A DNA stretch of 64,000 nucleotides, taken from Sphaerodactylus townsendi (lineage: Eukaryota). The DNA lies in assembly GCF_021028975.2 (NCBI RefSeq), contig NC_059427.1, forward strand, positions 17,360,001-17,424,000. Reading direction: 5' to 3'. Positions within the stretch are counted from its first letter, which is position 1. Every line of letters starts with the position of its first letter. Positions 62,450-64,000 of the stretch are shown here, piece after piece. The notes beneath the pieces were generated by a model that did not search any database, was not told the origin of the DNA, and worked only from the letters and a program-made list of their open reading frames with translations. The translations under genes and the position numbers were made by a program.

Positions 62450-63350
62450 CAGTGATGTAGGTATAGATTTTTATGGGGGGATTGGAAGGCGGGGCCATGC
62501 CCCCACCTGCCCCTGGGGGCTTGGCCACGCCTCCCCAAGCCCCGCCCCTGGCCTCAGTGCTTATAAAAGCAGCTCTCCGAGGCCAGGGACAGCAGACTCC
62601 CCTCCCCCCACCGGTTGGGCTTCCAGTTGGCAGCCAGCAGTCCCTTCTGCCCTTCCCTCCGGGCAGAGGCGTAGCTAGGGGAAATGGAGCCTGGTGCAAA
62701 ATCTGAGTGTTCCCCCCAGCAACCGCTGTGATGCTGGAATCCACCTCCAAACAGCATCACTTTCAATGGTGTTTAAACTAGGGAGCCCAGATTCTTATTT
62801 CAAATCCACCTTAAAGGGAGAATCTGGGGTCCCCAGTGAAAACAACATTGAAAGTGATGCTGTTTTGGGATAGATTCTCCCCCCACCCCGAAACAGCATC
62901 ACTTTCAATGTTTAAATTGGGGACCTCAGATTCTACCTTTAAATCCATGCCAAAGGGGGTGGATTTAAAAGAAGAATCTGGGGAAATTTGGGGGGTACCT
63001 GCTGTTAGGGGTGCAATTGTTAAGCTAGCCGCACCAAACTTTCAGGGTTTAGGAGACTCTCCTCAAGATACCACCCAGGTTTGGTGAAGTTTGGTTCAGG
63101 AGGTCCAAAGTTATGGACCCTCAAAGGTGTAGCTCCCATCTTCTATTAGCTCCCATTGGAAACATTGGAGGATGGGGGGACCCCCTTTGGGAGCCCATAA
63201 CTTTGGACCTCCTGAACCAAACCTCACCAAATTTGGGTGGTGTTATTAGGAGAGTCTTCCAACAAATCCCTGAAATTTTGGTGCTGCTAGCCTAAAAACT
63301 GCACCCCTGCGGGTCAAAAACTGAAAAAACACTTTAAAAATACAAAAAAC
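62450..63350. mobile_element. Truncated non-autonomous DNA transposon inserted in the tRNA-Ala array
   Basis: Starts cagtgatgtaggtatag; homologous (inverted) to 57180-58451. Confidence 0.75.
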
Positions 63351-63357
63351 CCAGTCC

Positions 63358-63430
63358 TGGAGAATGTGGGCATCGATCCCACTACCTCTCGCATGCTAAG
63401 CGAGCGCTCTACCATTTGAGCTAATTCCCC
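63358..63430 (-). tRNA. tRNA-Ala(AGC)
   Basis: GGGGAATTAGCTCAAATGGTAGAGCGCTCGCTTAGCATGCGAGAGGTAGTGGGATCGATGCCCACATTCTCCA; G3:U70 identity pair; T6 downstream. Confidence 0.95.
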
Positions 63431-63557
63431 ATGTACTGCTGGAAAAGGGTTTGAAACATCTGCAGAGGGAATGGGTCTGTGGGGTGGTTGCCACGACATG
63501 GAACTAAGCCAGGCTTCCGAGCAGCAAAAGGACACAGCACACTCAGCAGCCCAGTCC

Positions 63558-63630
63558 TGGAGAATGTGGGCATCGATCCCACTACCTCTCGCATGCTAAG
63601 CGAGCGCTCTACCATTTGAGCTAATTCCCC
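63558..63630 (-). tRNA. tRNA-Ala(AGC)
   Basis: Identical to 63358-63430, exactly 200 bp away. Confidence 0.95.
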
Positions 63631-63923
63631 ATGTACTGCTGGAAAGGCTTTGAAACATCTGCAGAGGGACTGAGACTGCAGGGGGTTAACCAAACAAGCT
63701 CCCTTACAGGTGAGAAAGCTCTAGAACTAATAGGGGCTTCACTGTTCTACAGTGTGCCATCGAAGTCTAAGAACACCTATGTTTCTTACGCTTTAAACTG
63801 TACAAACCCCTACCTTAAAAACAACAACACAATAACAGCAAGTTTAGAGCATTTTTCTGTAGATAGTTAAAAATACCTAGCAATGGTCCTTAGTGATGTA
63901 AATCTGCTTTATATTAAGGGTCT

Positions 63924-64000
63924 CAGGGGTAGGGAACCTGCGGCTCTCCAGATGTTCAGGAACTACAATTCCCATCAGCCCCTACCAGCATGGCCAATTG
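63924..64000. mobile_element. hAT-type MITE, cut by the window edge
   Basis: caggggtagggaacc TIR plus ggaactacaattcccatcagcccc. Confidence 0.75.

Overview
Vertebrate genomic DNA, most likely a squamate (gecko-like, inferred from the SINE, CR1 and Penelope repeat content). In order, the window holds: (1) intronless CHST14; (2) an internally deleted endogenous Maverick/Polinton virus remnant at about 7.8-14.3 kb, with a spliced pPolB 5' end, a PW-like gene, an adenain protease and the major capsid C-terminus; (3) a minus-strand chimeric gene with FLYWCH, SCAN, KRAB, dead zinc fingers and a possible L1-ORF1p-like coiled coil; (4) ZNF692; (5) a tRNA cluster of intron-containing Leu-CAA, two inverted Glu-CTC and a 200-bp-period Ala-AGC array; (6) a C2H2 zinc-finger gene. 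Many hAT MITEs with 8-bp TSDs, tRNA- and 5S-derived SINEs, LINE fragments and Penelope termini with hammerhead motifs are interspersed. All family assignments come from recognising motifs by eye, not from database searches. Several stops and frameshifts could be assembly errors.
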